Shown here one piece after another: positions 25,163 to 36,329 of a stretch of 64,000 nt of DNA. How positions within the stretch are numbered: the first letter of the stretch is position 1; each line of letters starts with the position of its first letter. The DNA comes from Balanoglossus misakiensis. Its lineage: Eukaryota; Animalia; Hemichordata. The notes beneath the pieces were generated by a model. That model did not search any database. It saw nothing but the letters and a program-made list of their open reading frames with translations, and was not told where the DNA came from. Position numbers and translations under genes: made by a program. The DNA lies in the NCBI GenBank assembly GCA_040954595.2, contig CM082587.2, positions 5,754,206 to 5,818,205 on the forward strand. The letters run 5' to 3'.

Positions 25163-25602
25163 ACCCCCGTGCGGGGTATAAAAGACCCCCCACATCAGTG
25201 GCGAATCTTAATGCCGTTTGACTGACAACAGACAACACCAACGATCTTGGCTCTATGAAAATCGGCCCAAACAGGTCCAAGCATAAAGAATTACACCACA
25301 CAACGACAGTAGTTGGCTTTATAAACACACACAACATAAAGTTATCGACGAAAAAGTACACGAGCTTATGAAACAACGATGATTTTGGGAGAAATCTGGT
25401 TTCAGTGCTTTTCAGAAGCGTCCCTGGGAAACAATAACCACGCCATTCAAACAGTTGTCAATCGTGTGGAAGTGTGAAGTGTTCAATTATTTTCTGTGTA
25501 CATGAGAGCAATTACACAGTCATTATGCAAGACGACCACTCCCAAATAAACAACTATACAAACACACGTTAATCCGAACCCCAGGACTTTCCGCACCGGG
25601 GT
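25163..25602. mobile_element. 440-bp non-autonomous element with TTAA target-site duplication, specific to copy A
   Basis: ttaa|acccccgtgcgg ... ccgcaccggggt|ttaa. Paralogous empty site gcacccgtttaatatat at ~31199-31215. Confidence 0.85.
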
Positions 25603-27244
25603 TTAATATATAGCGTGTTCAAATTGCAACATACAACCACGATCGGGCGTCGATGAGATGCTCATGTATACATATCAGTAAGCTTATTTCGATTTACCAA
25701 TCTAAGTTTGAAAATGAAATCATGAAAATAATGCAAACGTTTAGTTTAGTTTGGTTTTGGGTTGCGGACAGCCGGACTTGTCTCCTTTACCAAACTCAAC
25801 TTACTCTATCGCACGTCCATGTCTCCAAACTGGTGCATCCCCTTTGTAGTTGGACTGATCATGGACGTAAAAAGAGGCTGATTGCGGTTTCGTTCCTGAC
25901 AATCCCATCGTTTAGTTTTGTTTTGTTTTGGGTTGCAGATAACGTCATTCCACAGGCGCAACGCCCCCTACTCTTAACAACCACTCCAGAGAACGCGACA
26001 ATACAGTGAAACAACGCTGGTGTTTTGGTGCTGATCATGATCATGAAGAGTGTCATTTTACTTACCAGAATGTCGAAATACACTTAGGCTTGGAACACGG
26101 TTGCCGTTTCAATCTCTGTTCGTGGTGTGGAATGCGCTTCACGCCCAGGTAATGTGTTATGTGCTCAAAATCAATTCATGAATGTGAATCTCCCAACAAT
26201 TAGACTTGTAAATTCCACCTTTGTTAATTTAATGCAAATGTCCCTACCGATACAACATGTACAATAGGTGAAGTTACGCTACTGTACCAATCAGATACCA
26301 GCATCTTTACATCACGTAATCAGCTACCAGTATTACCGAGGCAATCTTTTTATGCTGGGTCCTTCAAAGTTGTTATGGGCCGCCGAGGTCTCTTTTGCGG
26401 CAAAGTCATGAAGGTCAGCACATATAACTTCTACGGCAGTATCTGTTATTACCATGCCAACAGCTGCTCTTCACTGAGTCTGGTAGCATTTTTGGTTCAC
26501 ACACGCGCCATTAGGACCTCGCATGTTTGTGACACCAAAACCAGCCATTCGATTTAACATTATCTTGCAAAATGCCTTACAAGTTATGACAGTGATGATG
26601 TAGGTCTGCGTAAAACACTTGGCGAGTCCAACGCAGCGTTTTGATGTATCTGGTCGTAGATGACGGTGTTAACAACATGCTTTATGGGATATCCAAATTT
26701 TATTTTCTGGAGTATAAAAATAGTATAAATCACAACAAACATCTGCCCATAAAAATTGAGAATTTGTTTTTATTTAATTCACGAAGATTGACCATTACCA
26801 TCAATACGTCTACGTCTACCTATAAGCTAGTATACATACATAACAAAATATATTCGTACAAATACGCCAGCAACTAGTACTGGCACGCACAATATTCTGA
26901 GATTGTAAACAACCTTTGGTACAAATAATATGTCTGATTTAACTCCTACTGTCGAATAGGAAGTGAAAGTCTCCGGAAATACTATTTTTCAAGTTCTCAG
27001 ATTTCCAACAGTGCGTATTGTTAATTTTGCTGTACTTTTTAATTGGCTTATTTCTATATTTCTAATCAAAACAATCTGCAAACAGGTTTACATACTAGCA
27101 CCAAGCAGAGAGACATGACTTTTCCCACATGCAAAAGTGACCATATAAACTGGCTGATTAAATCTTTCTGATTCTAAACATTTCTGGCCAGCGACGGACG
27201 CCGTTGCTAAAAGGCCGCGGTGGCCGGAATTCCCACAGCTGATC

Positions 27245-29830
27245 TTAAAAATATGCGAAGTAGTCCAATGCATTTTTGGCTCTATACTCTTCTTGCATCG
27301 CCGGTAGCGGAGATTCCGGGTCATAGATCAGCTTACAGTGGCCGGTCCCGGCGATGATGGGGTAAGGGTTCACGAAGCCGGGCGGGGGTGGCGCTTCTGC
27401 GATGCCACACTTTGCCCGTCCTGTAATAAAACAGGGCCCGGCATTCATCATGGCCACGCATGTCAGCGAGTTGCGACTCTTCAGGTATGCACTGAGAGCT
27501 TCAACGCACCGTTTGTGGATATTGTAGTCGTCGCATTCATCGTCGTAGTCGATCGGTTTTGGATCTGGGGAGGGAGAGGGAACAGAACAAAAAAAAAACA
27601 CGTCATCATGCTGCCTGACCGTGTGAGAGAGACTAGACGGCAATGAATCCTACGATCGTTTCCCCATTTTCCGCAGAAAACTTTGGTTGCTGACTTCACT
27701 GATTTTAATTAGCGCCTCAGAAATCGGAGGATATTAATTCCAAAAGTGGCAGCTCGTGGGGCTTTAACGTTTTTCGCCATCAGTCACAACTTACTTCTAG
27801 GGGTCTCTGAGCACAGACCAAGATTAATCAGATTCTCAAGTTTTGGTGCAATCATACTGATCCACGCATCTAAGATGATAGGCATTTCTTCAGTGGCCCT
27901 CGACTTGTCACAGTTCAGACTTCTCAAACAAAGAAGACGCAACTGAAAAGAATGTAATTTGTAATTTGTTGTTAATCTTCCGCTGGTTAAAAAATAGGGT
28001 CACGCTATTTTAGAAATTGTACCGTCTTGAAAAGCCTGTTCACACGAACGGATGAATTAGCTACGTGACAACGACGTGACAACGAGAAAAAAGGGGTATG
28101 GACATAGACAGTGACAATCTAACTTGAGACAAACTAAGGCTGCATTCACAAACACCTCTGGAGGGGGGGGCGGGAGAATTGAGGGGGGGGGTTTGAAAAA
28201 ATTGAGGGTATGTAAGGGGGGGGATTTGAAATAATTTAGGGACTGAAAGGGGGGGACTTGAAAACTTTAACGACTAAATATTTATTTTGAGTCCACAAAA
28301 ATGCAGTTTCGCGCCCTTTATTTTACAAAATTTTCTAATGTGGGAGGGGGACACCCCCTCCCACACCCACCCCCTCCATTCATCAACACCTTTCAATCAT
28401 TGACTGGTTTATCTAGTGTCCCAGGTCAGGGGACTTGCCCCCACCCCATGATAACTTTGAGCGGCGATGGTTAAAGTTGTCCTCCCCAACATACCGGTAG
28501 TTGAGTTAATTTGCGTTTGGCGGGTTCATTAAAATGCAGCTTTGAGCTCTGTATTTTAGAAAATTTTCTTACGTGGGAGGGGGACACCCCCTCCCAAACC
28601 CACCCCCTTCAATTCTCGGTTTACAATGTCTCCCAACACAGAATACAAATATATGTACTTAAAAAATAAAAACAATGTGCAGTTTTAATACCCACTGATG
28701 AGGGGAAACATCAGTTTCAAATTCTTTTCATGAGAGCGCTGTTTTTCTTTTTACAAGATAGATAGGTGATGTGTTTTGCTCTGTGAAAGAAAATGGGAGG
28801 GGGGGGGGATTTCAAAATTTTGGCAGTTCGGAAGGGGGGATTTGAAAATATTGGCAGTTCAGAAGGGGGGCATGTGAAAATTAGCGGTAAAAAAAATTGA
28901 ATTCTCCCGCCCCCCCTCCAGAGGTGTTTGTGAATGCAGCCTAACAGAGATAAATTTCCAATAATCAGATGTACAGAGATTAGGAGAGAAACGGCGAGAC
29001 AGACAGTGAGAGGCAGACAGACAGGCAGACCTGCCTTGCGATAGATTCACGCACAGATAAAATAGAGGAGTGTTGGTGAAGAAACGAAGACATATTATAA
29101 AGAGACGCGTCAGCCAGCAGAAACAAATAGAGACTATTACTCTGACAAAATCACAATAAAGAACGTTTGTCTTGTCTTCATCCCAGTTGCGAGGATCTCT
29201 GGTGTATTTCGTCAGCATCTCTTCACAGTAGTCAAAATCTTCCCAAGTGCATGGCTGTGACAGAAAAAAAAGGACGCGACGTGAAAAAAAATGCTGGTAC
29301 ATGTACACGTATTTATGTAATCTCAAGACTAGAGGTCGCATGGGCCAAGACCGGGCCATGGTTCAGCCCAGAAGCGTAGTGCGCAATTGGCTGGTACCCT
29401 GCCTCGGTGACGAACACTATCTTCGTGACGCATCTTGCTTAGTCCCATACCAGCACAAACCCCAATGCAACTGCCACGACCTACTAGGATCTTCAGTTGC
29501 CGTCATGCATGCCCAGTCTACGCTACGGTTGTCTGCTTCGTTCATTCTAAGAATGGTCTAATTTCAAGGATTTGTGGATGAATTGTAATGTTTATAAAAA
29601 AAAAACGGCGCGCGACGACCCCTTCACTTTAATTATTAGTCTGTGCAGTTAGGAGTACAATGTACAGGTGGTCACTGAGGTGTGTTTTTTTAACGCAGTT
29701 CGTCATTATATAATTGTCAAGAACAAGCTCAGATAGACTGCAACAAAAACTGGCTTACCCTGGCATTTGCATTCACTCTGACACTGTACACTGCGGCCAA
29801 AAACAAGACGGCGAGAAGAGTATTCTTCAT
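27245..29830 (-). CDS. Secreted cysteine-rich protein, paralog B (217 aa)
   Basis: complement(join 29759-29830, 29141-29254, 27795-27942, 27245-27564); exon lengths identical to paralog A (72/114/148/320). N-terminus MKNTLLAVLFLAAVYSVRVNANAR. Putative non-coding first exon with donor at 31661; AATAAA at 26769-26774. Confidence 0.9.
28138..28941. mobile_element. PIF/Harbinger-type MITE (804 bp, TAA TSD), specific to copy B
   Basis: taa|ggctgcattcacaaacacctctggaggg ... ccctccagaggtgtttgtgaatgcagcc|taa. Empty site acaaactaacagagat at ~24141-24156. Confidence 0.92.
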
Positions 29831-29885
29831 GATTCCGCACAAATCTGAAAAGAAAAAAAAATGATCTCAAAAGACTAACTTGGCA

Positions 29886-30990
29886 AGGTGTGTGAAGTTG
29901 GTTACTAGTTCCTAGTTCCTGGTTCCTTATTCGCCCCAGCCTGAATAAGGAACTGGGATTTGAAGTTAGTTACTAGTTCCTGGTTCCTTATTCGATTCCC
30001 GGTTACTTATTGCCCGATTCCCGGTTACTTATTGCCCGATTCCCGGTTACTTATTGCCCGATTCCCGGTTACTTATTGCCCGATTCCCGGTTACTTATTG
30101 CCTGATTCCCGCTTACTTATTGCCCGATTCCCGGTTACTTATTGCCCGATTCCCGGTTACTTATTGCCTGATTCCCGGTTACTTATTGCCCGATTCCCGG
30201 TTACTTATTGCCCGATTCCCGGTTACTTATTGCCTGATTCCCGGTTCCCTATTCGCCCCAGTCTGAATAAGTAACTGGTTTAGTTCCTCGTTCCTTATTC
30301 GATTCAATCTGAATATGCAGGTAGTTCCCAGTTCCTGATTTTGTTCCGTATTCAAAATAACACATTTCACCCATTCTAAGGGACCGTTCAGTTTTTACGG
30401 CCGGGGAGGGGGGGGGGCAAGTTTGTGTCATTGGTTTTCAAAATCAGGCCGACCCCCCCCCCTTCACCTAGGACCAAAAAATGATGACCCCCCCCCCCCC
30501 TTTGACAGACCCAAAAATATGATGACCCCCCCCCCACGCCGAAAACATTCGCCGTCCCGATTCTATGTACACTGTATGCAATAAAGGGAATGAGGCTCCT
30601 CACACCTCAATTATAAATTTCTTAAAGTATTATTGAAGTATTACAGTATATAATAGTATTTCGTTGCAATAAAGAAATCTATGAACAAATTGAAATGACA
30701 AGTCAATACAATAGTTGCTGAACGGTCCCTTAGAATGGGTGAAATGTGTTATTTTGAATACGGAACAAAATCAGGAACTGGGAACTACCTGCATATTCAG
30801 ATTGAATCGAATAAGGAACGAGGAACTAGTAACCAGTTCCTTATTCAGACTGGGGCAATAAGTAACCGGGAATCGGGCAATAAGTAACCGGGAATCGAAT
30901 AAGGAACCAGGAACTAGTAACCAGTTACTTATTCAGACTGGGCGAATAAGGAACCAGGAACTAGGAACTAGTAACCAACTTCACACACCT
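29886..30990. mobile_element. Foldback / Mutator-like non-autonomous element with 9-bp TSD and modular inverted arms
   Basis: TSD aacttggca at 29877-29885 and 30991-30999. TIR aggtgtgtgaagttggttactagttcctagttcctggttccttattcgccc. Empty site at ~24946-24960. Confidence 0.92.
29993..30247. repeat. 22-bp minisatellite (attgcccgattcccggttactt) x ~11 in the left arm of the foldback element
   Basis: Direct reading; two inverted copies at ~30853-30897. Confidence 0.95.
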
Positions 30991-33900
30991 AACTTGGCAG
31001 TAACCACTCATTCATTGGGGGGATTAGAATTATACTGAGCCATAAATGTCGGAACCTCTGGAGCTGCCAAATTTCACATATTTTCCCCAAAATAAAAAAC
31101 TTCAAATTTATTCCCTATCCATCAGTTTGTCATCTCTTGGTGACGCATACGACGATGACTTGCGTACTGTTTGTATGGAGGCTGCCAAAATGGGTTAGGC
31201 ACCCGTTTAATATATTGCGTGTTCAAATTTCAGCATACAGCAACGGTCGGGCGTCGATGAGATGTTCATGTATACATATCAGTAGGCTTATTTCGATATA
31301 CCTATCTAAGTTGAAAAATAAAATAATGAAAATAATGCAAAAAGTGGCAGCTCTCGAGGCTTTAACCGTAGACTACCGGACTTGTCTCCTTTACCAAACT
31401 CAACTTACTCTATCACACGTCCATGTCTCCAAACTGGTGCATCCCCTTTGTAGTTTCGTTCCTGACAATCAATGTTTAGTTTAGTCATGGAGGTATTTAG
31501 TTTTGTTTTGTTTTGTTTTGTTTTGGGTTGCAGATAACGTCATTCAACAGGAGCAACGCCCTCTACTCTTAACAACCACTCAAGAGAACGCGACAAAACA
31601 GTGAAACAACGCTGGTGTTTTGGTGTTGATCATGATCATGAAGAGTGTCATTTTACTTACCAGAATGTCGAAATACACTTAGGCTTGGAACACGGTTGCC
31701 GTTTCAATCTCTGTTCGTGGTGTGGAATGCACTTCACGCCCAGGTAATGTGTTATATGCGCAAAACCAATCAATGAATTAGACTTGTAAATTCCACCTTT
31801 GTTAATTTCATTGAGTTACGCTGCTGTACCAATCAGATACCAGCACCTTTATATCACGTAATCAGCTATTACCCAGGCAATCTTTACATGCTGGGTCCTT
31901 CAAAGTTGTAATGGGCCGCCGATGTCTCTTTTGCGGCAAGGTCGGCGCATACACCACACCCAGGTCAACGATTTTGCAGCCCAAAATGTATTCAAGTTTA
32001 CGGTTCTTGTCAGAGAGCGGTGCATCATGAATGACTGCCAATGGGGGCCGACAGAGTGTATTTATCCTTGCCAAGCATGCAATTGTCCTAAACTCGTAAC
32101 CCACGGACATCATTCGTCCCCCCTGTCTCTCTCTCTCTGGAACAATGGTTTCAGAACAGTTTGGAAACAGCACACCGGTAAACTGAATTGGCCGTGCAGG
32201 AAGTCGGCGTCCCCTGGGGGAATGCTTGGAACCATAGTGTCAGTGAAATTCCTTTCTCTTCTATTCTTCCCTGTTCGTTTCATACTTTCAGGCCCTCCAC
32301 GTACGCACGTATTTCCACACCAGGTGTTGACCAAAGCGGAGAAGGGGGGGGGGGGGATCAAACACAGCTTCTTCACGAGAAAGCAGGGATATCACAGTGA
32401 AACACCTGGTTTGACTTTTGGCCATATAGGCCCGGTACATGCATGACTTTACCCTCCCCCACTTCCATACCTGCCCCGTAATTTGGTTCCTGTAATGCTC
32501 ACTTTGTTCTCTAAACAATAGCAGGTTTACATAATACACAAAAGGGAGGTTTTATGCCCCCATACCAATTGAGATTTTGGATAATGGAATTCCATTGCCC
32601 CTTTGCACCCATAAACACGTTGAAGGAAAGAATAGCAGTGGACCGATGCCATCCAGGACCTGGCCATTGCTATCTATTTTGGGGTAGGTTTGGTTTCTAT
32701 CCCAACATTTGAAATCAAGCCAGATTTAGGACCAGCGTAATTAACTTGGAACACATACGTCACAGTACACTCACGGGCTCTGAGTGGGCATAAAAGGCCT
32801 GACGAAGATCCGCTCATTAATACTAGTAATGCCCTTGGTAGCTGAGATAGCGTTCGTCAACAAAAGAACGAGCAGTAGAACAAAGAGAGTATACAGTTAT
32901 ACCGTTCACAATGCAGTGTTTTGTTTTGTTTGAAAATGCTAATGAGACGGTTTCTGTTAGGCATGATGTCCCACAGGACACCACCAGCTTTGGCTTGGGC
33001 AGCGCCCATAATAGACTCTCTCACTCACAGCCCCTCTCGTCGTCCATCCAGGCTTATGAACTGATTGCATGTGTGCCTGGGGCTTCTCCTTTGCTAAACA
33101 GTTGAGGGCGCATCAGTGAAGAGCCTTGTAGCGAACCGTGGGCTGTGAGAGCGTCTACGCCCATAAACATCCGGGGATTAGGAAAAAACAGATTACTCTT
33201 TTATCGGTTCCCACTGCACTTGCACCTTCACTCAAGAGATTTCCAAGTACACACTTTCATACTTTCATCAAGTCTGTCTGCATTTTAATAAAACATCAAG
33301 GCAATCTTTTTTTTCAACAAGGATTTTCAATGCTTGTTTTTACATCCAGTGCCTCTACATTTTGTGTACGTGATTATCATTTTAATATAGGCTTTGGTGG
33401 GGTAAAGTGTACATATCAGTATTTATCATGGGGACAGTAAGTCAATGAGTGAAGTATTAAGATCAGTAAATAAGTACCGGTAAATGTCTCCGTGAATCTC
33501 TTCAAACTGTGTGTTGCTGTATGTTGTGTTTTTTGAAGTCGGTCATGCTGAGAGAAATGAGTGTCATCATGTAGACTCAGAAAGATCGCCCCCTACGCCA
33601 AAAGTCGAGAATTGCACGAGTCGTCAGTAAGTTTTTTTGTTAGAATTTTCGAATTTGCAAAAGTTATCGTTCAGCATTCTGTACATGCTTAACGCTTGAA
33701 GAAAGAATCTATTTGTCATATTTTGAAGGGAGCGTGGAAATTTAGCTACAGTTACCATGGAAAATGGAGATCCATATCTAGCCAATCACAGAGTTTTGCA
33801 GTGGGTGGCACGCTTGAAAAAAGAGCGCCACCATATGTTCTTTAGGACAATCATATACGCCATTTTTGCCATTTGTGGACGTAATATGTAAACTGGAGTT

Positions 33901-36091
33901 GACATCACATTTAATGTATCAGGTCATGACTTTTAGTTTCCAATACAATTGTCAACGAGTTCGCCTTTTGTTGACTTTTTAAATGTTTCCCCAGGTGCAG
34001 GCTGACCAATTAAAAATCTAGGGCAGCCTACTAACTTACAACCGTTGTTCCAAATTGATTTCGATGCCCATCGTTAATATCGAGCGACCACGTCGTCAAT
34101 GTATTAGATCTTGTAGAGCTTTAAAAAGGGGGAACTCGCAAAGCCGATAATCACGGTCGTAACGTCTGCTTGTATCACGCAGACTCCTTGAAACGGGCTC
34201 CTGCGTCACGGTGAAACCGTACGGAAAATCTTGCGTAGGCGACGACAAATCCTACCCTAACGGATAACCACCCCGCTGTTTTCGTCCACTGGAGCCCTAA
34301 GATTCGGAATTCCATTTCCATGGCAATAAACTTGCCGTCAAAAACGGGCATCAGATTTTGAAACGTGTATGTTAATTGTATGAAGTGTGTGTCCACCCCG
34401 CCTTCGTAAAAATACACGGCCAAACCGTTGACCCTTGTGATAAGGTACCAAGGGAATGGAAGTGTGTCGGTGATATTGGATCTTCCGTACGGATGATAGG
34501 CCATCCAGAGTGATTTATTTCTAGAGTCGTGTTAACTTTTATCGCACCCAGTCGCCTATCTAATTCGTTGAATTTATGTCCTGATGTAGTTTTTACTGTC
34601 ATAGGATATAATTACGACGACGATATAACATTTTTGCGGGCGTTGAAGTACCCCAGGCATGTGCAGAACACTTATTCGCGTTGTGTGAATTGATTTCATT
34701 GATAAGTAATCAGGTCCGAATGTTCTTTCAAATTGGTTTTTTACCTCTTACAGTGTATGCCGGACCAACAACAAACCATGTTGGCCCTTTCTTGATAAAT
34801 GTTACCCTTTCAAGCCTATCGTCCCTGTAGTGAAGGTTACGACGATGCATGTTGGCACTTTCGCATGCTTAATTTATGGACGTGCAAATCCGATAATTCT
34901 CGAGTCATGTTGTAAAAATGGATTCCAATTTAGTACGGCATCAGTACGTCCACTCCAGATAACCACCCCCCTCCACAAAATGTCATCGCAGCGGCCTTTA
35001 ATCACTTTCCGATTGCATCGTTAGCAGGCGAATTATCGCGGTACTAAACTCGTCGCAGCGTCGGGGGTGAGTACGTTCAACTGGCGTGGCGAAGATTTAC
35101 GTACGTGTACACGCAGTGCTAATAATTCATCACACTTTATGCCCTTCAACGGTGATTAACGGTTCCGAACGTGTGATTAAACACAGAATCCGACCTCAGT
35201 CGTCGGGGTTTTTTTTATGGAAGAAGACACGTCCCACGCAGAGCGGGATACGGTTACTCCTGAGCCCGGCAAAACTTTCTTCGCCCAATATCTCATATTC
35301 TTTTTTCCGATTCTTGTCGTCGTGGTTAATGAAAAAAGCCCGGCTTATCTCCCTCCGTGTATCATGTTCGCCGACAAGCGATTTCCCCAGTGGTGCGACC
35401 AACGGGGTACGAACTGAATGTGTAATGAATTTGTTAACAATCGGATCCCGTGTCATGGGCAGTAATCGTCGCCGGTTTCCAAGTGCAACGATAGCTTTGG
35501 CTCACTGAAGGTAATCTTGTGCCTCCTCCCAGTTCACCTTGCACCGGTATACCTTTAGCTCATCCCTTGAAAGTATTTCTCCGCAAAACACTCCCTAAAT
35601 CATAGCCAGCCAAAATTGTAATGCGGAGGCACTTTATCTGACAGAAAACGGCCATCGCAAACTACCAATGCACTCACCTCTTGTATTGTCTGAAAATGCA
35701 TGTGTATGATAATCGCGAAGCATTGCTGAGATATTGATGGGCGCGGATTTCCGAACTCATCTGTGTCTCGGCTGCATGTATCATTAATCATATATAATGC
35801 ATGTCAAAGTTAGATTGATCCTTGTCATTATGGAAGCCTTGACAAGGCTCTACAGTCGAGAGATTGTGATCGTACCCACTAATTCTACAGACAACAATCT
35901 CCCCAACGGAAATGGCGTGCTAATACCTTCGCACCATCGAAATATGTACATACAAAATGAATTGGAATACAAAGTCATATAGACCTCTCTCTAACCCCAT
36001 ATACACCACTAATTCTTTATCGATCATCATCGATTCTTTAATATCTGTGTTATCTAGTCCTACTCCACAAAATCCATAGGTGATTGTACTT

Positions 36092-36329
36092 TGCTTGCGA
36101 GATCTTGCGAGACTTGGGCACTTACCTAGCCAAGTACATGTAATATAAGTCAAGCTTTGTATGAAACTAGAACGGTTGCAGTGCTTAACAAAATTGTAAC
36201 TTTTGTGCCCTTTAACACGATGGGCCGCTTGCTGTCTGTCATGTGTCGCGACAATGTCCCCCCTCAAATAAATTGCCTAGCCACGCGAAATCTCGCAGTG
36301 TCTCGCGGAGTTCGGAAAATGGTCTATTA
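36092..36329. repeat. Dispersed repeat family ending aaaatggtctatt; other copies at ~60920-61074, ~62776-63003 and a fragment at ~48671-48717
   Basis: Shared motifs gcgagatctcgc, aaattgtaacttttgt and ggagttcggaaaatggtctatt. Confidence 0.7.

Larger units (their letters stand above)
22159..26407. repeat. Tandem segmental duplication, copy A
   Basis: Colinear high similarity to 26619-31943, from ttggcgagtcca to tcttttgcggcaa. Confidence 0.92.
26619..31943. repeat. Tandem segmental duplication, copy B
   Basis: Colinear with 22159-26407 apart from element insertions. Confidence 0.92.

Noticed and set aside
29960-30274. Regular 22-bp repeats resembling a CRISPR array, and repetitive ORFs (RFPVTYCPIPGYLLPDSRLLIA)n
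   Set aside because: Head-to-tail repeats with no unique spacers, no cas genes, eukaryotic context; part of a foldback element arm.
32788-33105. CATAAAA followed by a 64-aa ORF
   Set aside because: Weak TATA and no supporting splice or codon evidence.
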